Shown here piece after piece: positions 57,770 through 64,000 of a stretch of DNA of 64,000 nt. The stretch comes from Eledone cirrhosa (Eukaryota). A program made the position numbers and the translations under genes. The notes below the pieces were generated by a model. The model had not been told where the DNA came from. It did no database searches and saw nothing but the letters and a program-made list of their open reading frames with translations. The DNA is taken from NCBI GenBank assembly GCA_964016885.1, contig OZ024755.1, forward strand, positions 29,264,001 through 29,328,000, read 5' to 3'. Each line of letters begins with the position of its first letter. Position 1 is the first letter of the stretch.

Positions 57770-58181
57770 CAGAGGTTATATTTCATTTGTTGGGATTCAA
57801 CAAGCTTAAACATTTTTATAACTGATATAAAGCACTCAACAAGTTAGTGGAGTAAATGCACAATATATTAATAAATGGAAACTCTATTTATAAATAAATG
57901 GAAACTCTATTTATAAAACGATATTTATAAAACCATATTTATTTTATTATATATATTTCAAGGGCAACCAAGGCAAATTATGGTGCGCTTTCATCATTTT
58001 TCCCGGGTATGTCAATATTTATTTTTATCATTTTTTCCGGGTATGTCAATATTTATTTATAAAACAAATCTGTATTTTATCTGATGAAAGCGCACCATAA
58101 TTTGCCTTGGTTGCCCTTGAAATATATATAATAAAATAAATATGGTTTTATAAATATAGTTTCCATTTATTAATATATTGT
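57770..58181 (+). mobile_element. Family A Penelope-like end with fold-back and micro-duplications
   Basis: Left arm ~57860-57995 is the reverse complement of ~58082-58181; three short tandem stutters in the arm and spacer. Confidence 0.78.
58073..58138 (+). ncRNA. Type I hammerhead fold, family A
   Basis: TATTTTAT CTGATGA AAG-C-GCACCA..TGGTTGC-C-CTT GAAA TATATA TA ATAAAATA: perfect 8-bp stem I. Confidence 0.75.
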
Positions 58182-58214
58182 ATATATAATATATATATAG
58201 AGAGAGGAGAGAGA

Positions 58215-58343
<129 letters not shown>

Positions 58344-61288
58344 GGAGGGATGGAAAGACGTTTGAAAGACGAATAGACAGATAGGTAAATAGATGGATAT
58401 GTCAAATATCAATAATGAAAAAGTTGCTAATATTTTAAATTTATAAATTTATTCATCATAGTCAAATTAAAGACTGATTCTCACATCCATCAAATATTTC
58501 TTATACACCGGATATTATTGGAAGAAGTATTATCGATTCTCGTTAAGGATGTAAAATTAGTTAGATAGCTTCCTCAAATAGACACGAAATTATTAGCAAG
58601 CAAAACTGCATATAACAGCTATGAGCTAGATTTCAATTTGAATATTCACATGTTCATGTCAGCTGTACCATATTAAAATATAAAATCAAATTACGGTACT
58701 GATACACATTTTAATTAGAAATAGATTTTAACAATTATTTTTGAAAATGATATCGTTTCATTCTAAGTTATAAAATTATGCAACTCTATCCGTTTTCTTT
58801 TATGCCTTTTCGTTATCTTTCTCTGTTAGATGTGTTAGGAGATGAGAGCAATTGCTTTCCGTGTTTACATTATAAAACATTTCATCATTAGAAATCAAGA
58901 AATACTCTCCATATCTATATTATATCATATTTGATACCGTTATTCAATTTACTGTTGGCTATGATAAAAAAAAAAATGTTTTTTCTTGACAGCATTCAAT
59001 AATTATGATATTACGGTAGTTATGTATTTTACTAATACCATATATCTTTCAAATATAACTCCTCATTTCCTGTTTAAAACATTTTAAAATAGCGATACAC
59101 CAAAATGTGATTCTAATTATGGGTTGGATCTTTTTTAGTAATAATCATTCGAATCATATTATATGAACTTACACACAAACATAAACTTAAATAAATATAA
59201 ACTTAAACACATATGTAGATATTTCAATTCAACCAAATGAGTAATTATTTGTCCATCTAAAACAGTAATTTGGTATCAACATATGTTTAATGATCAAAAT
59301 TGATGCCGCACGCGGAAAGTTTTTTTTTTTTTATAAACGCAGACTTGTTTATTGTAGAATCAATATTTGAATCATTCTCATATATTATCATTATATGATC
59401 ATCATGATTATCATTGTCATCAGTAAGGCATCGTCTTTTCCCTCACAAAATATTTGATGATCACAAATGACAACGTATTGAATGAGAAGAATCAGTAAAA
59501 ACAAACAAAAAAGGGATATAGATAGGAATAAACGAATTACATTAATTAATTTTGCCATATATTATATTTTGTATTCCCAACACAACTATACCAATTCTGT
59601 AAATCCTCTATATTGAGGATAAAAATACAACAGAACCATATTTCTATGTAATAGGCTTGAATCGTTTAATGTTTAAATTACGGATCTAAATATGTCTTAT
59701 AGGGAAAGTATAATTTTTAACGAAATGCTGTTTTTAAGTGGATTTCATTACTTCAGAGATGGCTAAAAGTAAATTAATGTCTGCAGGTATTTAAATAGTA
59801 TTTAAAGATTTACTTGGGGTAAATATTGTTTAGCATCATTAATAATATGCTATATATTACATATGAGGATTATTTTAATTTATTAACAATTTAGCCTTTA
59901 CATTACTCTATTTACTATTGTATTTTCGCGGTAAAGTCTTTACCTCACATAGTTACCTCACATAATATCGAATCTATGAAATTTTGATATTTATTTTGAG
60001 AACAACACCTTTATGTCGATATGAAGGACTGGTTATGGCCGGTTTGAACAGAAAGAGGTGAGAGAATTTGACCGGATATGACCGGTTTAAATGCTAACGG
60101 GTGAACAAGGTTTACATGATGTATTTGACTGTGTTATCATTTGATACATTGAACTCTAAATCTGATACCAACAACATATGCTGGAGACGAGAAGCGCTGA
60201 TCAACTCCACTTCTTGTGATTCACAAACTCGTATGTTATTGCTCGCTGGAAGTTGAATGACAAACTCTATCTCGGCCCAATGAAATCTCAGAAATTATAA
60301 GGGATTTATATCCGTTTCATGCTTGAGGTGAAACTAGAAGTGGCCTCAGTATCAGATCTTCATGCCATCCTGTCCTTGTCAGATAGGGGTATTTCACCCT
60401 TTTAGATTCGGATATCATGACTAAGGCAACCAGCAATGTCCTTCATATAGCCTGCTTTTTAACTGCCTTTGATTCATTACCCATGCTGATTGATATGGAA
60501 ACAGAATTATTGATCCACATCTTCTTTGCTTCTTGTAAATAGAATGCATAATTACTGATAACTACTGAAAAAAAAATCATTATTATAACTAGTTAGTAGT
60601 TATTATTTTGTTCGTATATATATTGCGTGGTGGTAGATTGGACATACATACGATCCCATGCATATGTTATACCATAACGTGTACCATTACACGTCCTCTT
60701 GCTACAAGGACGGACATGAATTTATATCAGAGTTAAACATTTATAAAATGAGCTAAACATAAGTTATTTTCAGCAAGAACGACCATTTGCAAACCCTTGA
60801 TTGGAATCCAAGTGGAATTTATTTTATAGGTTTGAAAATAACCATACCAAGTATTTTACTTTTGACACCTGTCATATAGTTAAGAGGGACAGGTTTATGT
60901 GAGTCTCCCATTTCTGTTTCACATAGGTTTTCAGGTTTTCACGTACTATTTTTGATAATGTTGGTTTCTGTGTCTGTATATTTCATTTATGGCTAATCTG
61001 ATTGAAATGTGCACGTGATTAGGTTCTCGTAAATATCATTACCATACTGATATGAAATTGGTTAGATATGTGGGCATGACTGCTTCAGAGCAATCTCAGT
61101 ACCCTAAAGCTTTATGAAGTAATTCGACCAGAGTTTTCTTCGTGATTTGCATGTTTCGAGAATATACACTAGACTTCAGTATGATTAACATTTCTCATAA
61201 CATACAGATTGATTTGAAATGATTCCTATATAATTCAGAACTGCAAGCAACGTACATTTTTTCAATGTACATAGTTATATAGTTTACT

Positions 61289-61600
61289 AATAATTGTTTC
61301 TACTTTTGGCACAAGGCAAGCAATTATGTCAGTTCATTACTGGTACTTTATTTTATCGATCCCGTAAGGATGAAAGGCAAAGTTAACCTCGGCGGGATTT
61401 GAACTCAGATCATAAAGTGGCGTAAGTCTTTGCTGAAAAGCATGGCGTCCGACCGTCTACCGATACTGCCAATACCGTAATAATTGTTTCTACTTTTGGC
61501 ACAAGGCCAGCAATTATTCCAGTACATTACTGGTACTTTATTTTATCGACCCCCGTAAGGATGAAAGGCAAAGTTAACCTCGACGGGATTTGAACTCAGA
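61289..61600 (-). mobile_element. Two SINE copies in tandem
   Basis: 61289-61473 and 61478-61600. Confidence 0.9.
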
Positions 61601-62552
61601 ACCCTAATAATATTTGTGAATTATAATAGTACTTGTGTAAGTAGTAGTTTAGTTGTCTAAGAAAAAAGGTTGCGGCCTACAAGGTGAATCATGAAATCTA
61701 TTGTACATATTTATGCTGTACGTTTCATAACTGATATTGAAATATGTTTTTAAGGGTGTTGATATAATTTCATTGTGCAGTTTAGAAATATAAATTCAAG
61801 AATTAAATCCTCTTGTTTTGTGGCGTCAATCCTTTCAAATAAATTCAACATATACATATCTATGCTTGATTTCGAGAGATGAATAAATATATTCCGTGTC
61901 AAACTGACATTCATTTCAAATAATTAAAGCAGTAAATTGCTGGAAGTACGGAATTGAAAACCTATTTATTAGCTGTATACTCTAAACTAGACGGACTCGA
62001 AGCCATATTCAATTTAAACATATTCATACTGACAGATGCATTATTACTCCTCTATTAAGCCTTTTTAAAACAACAATGGAGGCAGCTCTTCTACATGCAA
62101 GTTTAACAATATAGTAACACACATTCACAATACCCTAAGCAAATATTTGTGCTGTGCAAAACCAACAAACATGCCAACATAATGTTGGTATGTATTGATG
62201 AACACGTTGACATGTCGATGTCGTATTCCGACGGATTTAAATCATCACAACCTGGAGGTAAAAACAATATATTTTCTAAGATATAAACGGGTAATATTTA
62301 ATCAATATAGGACTATGTACCAACTTACGTTTGCCATTGAATGCCACTCACAGAGTGAGGCTACTAAATAATGATTCACCTATATAGACAAAGATAGGTC
62401 ATATATAGGGATATGTAACAATGTCGTCTTTCGAAAGGAGTGTGTTGTTGTTGATATATATGAATAGAGTATCTGCAGAAAAGGCAGACAGTTAGATACC
62501 ACGAACATACAAGTGCATCATTACCTCTTCAACTACTTTTCTGGCAGTATAG

Positions 62553-64000
62553 TGTCAACCATTAAGGTATTACTCCATTTGTAACGCCAGTTTGTACAAT
62601 TGTCAAACATTAAGGTATTACTCCATTTATAACGCCAGTTTGTACAATTGTCAACCATTAAGGTATTACACCATTTGTAACGCCAGTTTGCACAATTGTC
62701 AACCATTAAGGTATTACACCATTTGTAACGCCAGTTTGTACAATTGTCAACCATTAAGGTACTACACCATTTGTAACGCCAGTTTGCACAATTGTCAACC
62801 ATTAAGGTATTACAGCATTTGTAACGCCAGTTTGTACAATTGTCAACCATTAAGGTATTACTCCATTTGTAACGCCAGTTTGTACAATTGTGAACCATTA
62901 AGGTACTACACCATTTGTAACGCCAGTTTGTACAATTGTCAACCATTAAGGTATTACACCATTTGTAACGCCAGTTTGTACAATTGTCAACCATTAAGGT
63001 ATTACTCCATTTGTAACGCCAGTTTGTACAATTGTCAACCATTAAGGTATTACACCATTTGTAACCCCAGTTTGTACAATTGTCAACCATTAAGGTATTA
63101 CACCATTTGTAACGCCAGTTTGTACAATTGTCAACCATTAAGGTATTACACCATTTGTAACGCCAGATTGTACAATTGTCAACCATTAAGGTATTACACC
63201 ATTTGTAACGCCAGTTTGTACAATTGTCAACCATTAAGGTATTACACCATTTGTAACGCCAGTTTGTACAATTGTCAACCATTAAGGTACTACACCATTT
63301 GTAACGCCAATTTGTACAATTGTCAACCATTAAGGTACTACACCATTTGTAACGCCAGTTTGTACAATTGTCAACCATTAAGGTATTACACCATTTGTAA
63401 CGCCAGTTTGTACAATTGTCAACCATTAAGGTATTACACCATTTGTAACGCCAGTTTGTACAATTGTCAACCATTAAGGTACTACACCATTTGTAACGCC
63501 AGTTTGTACAATTGTCAACCATTAAGGTATTACACCATTTGTAACGCCAGTTTGTACAATTGTCAACCATTAAGGTATTACACCATTTGTAACGCCAGTT
63601 TGTACAATTGTCAACCATTAAGGTATTACACCATTTGTAACGCCAGTTTGTACAATTGTCAACCATTAAGGTATTACACCATTTGTAACGCCAGTTTGTA
63701 CAATTGTCAACCATTAAGGTATTACACCATTTGTAATGCCAGTTTGTACAATTGTCAACCATTAAGGTATTACACCATTTGTAACGCCAGTTTGTACAAT
63801 TGTCAACCATTAAGGTATTACACCATTTGTAATGCCAGTTTGTACAATTGTCAACCATTAAGGTATTACACCATTTGTAACGCCAGTTTGTACAATTGTC
63901 AACCATTAAGGTACTACACCATTTGTAACGCCAGTTTGTACAATTGTCAACCATTAAGGTATTACACCATTTGTAACGCCAGTTTGTACAATTGTCAACC
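62553..64000. repeat. 48-bp tandem array, at least 30 copies, running off the window end
   Basis: Unit AACCATTAAGGTATTACACCATTTGTAACGCCAGTTTGTACAATTGTC. Confidence 0.98.

Noticed and set aside
60020-60105. Possible MITE terminus (CCGGATATGACCGGTTTAAATGCTAACGGG)
   Set aside because: No partner inverted end or TSD found in the window

Overview
AT-rich, microsatellite-dense eukaryotic genomic DNA. The repeat content (a tRNA-derived Nin-domain SINE, R4/Dong, RTE and Penelope-like retroelement fragments) resembles an octopod cephalopod; this is an inference. There is one convincing host coding region: an uninterrupted 961-codon minus-strand exon (34800-37685) for an uncharacterised signal-peptide, multi-pass membrane protein, with a splice acceptor just upstream and AATAAA just downstream. 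The rest is about 35 SINE copies, LINE fragments, 26-, 34- and 48-bp tandem arrays and long (TA)n-derived tracts. The most striking signal is RNA-structural. About ten type I hammerhead-ribozyme folds from several sequence families (one with compensatory stem changes, one U3-A8 core variant) sit in short Penelope-like terminal fragments beside (TA)n, often as fold-back palindromes whose junctions fall in the hammerhead. One such inverted arm is fused to a Penelope-type RT fragment. Two RTE-derived elements begin with a covarying HDV-like ribozyme candidate. All folds were read by eye and none is shown to cleave. Almost all other ORFs in the track are microsatellite artefacts.
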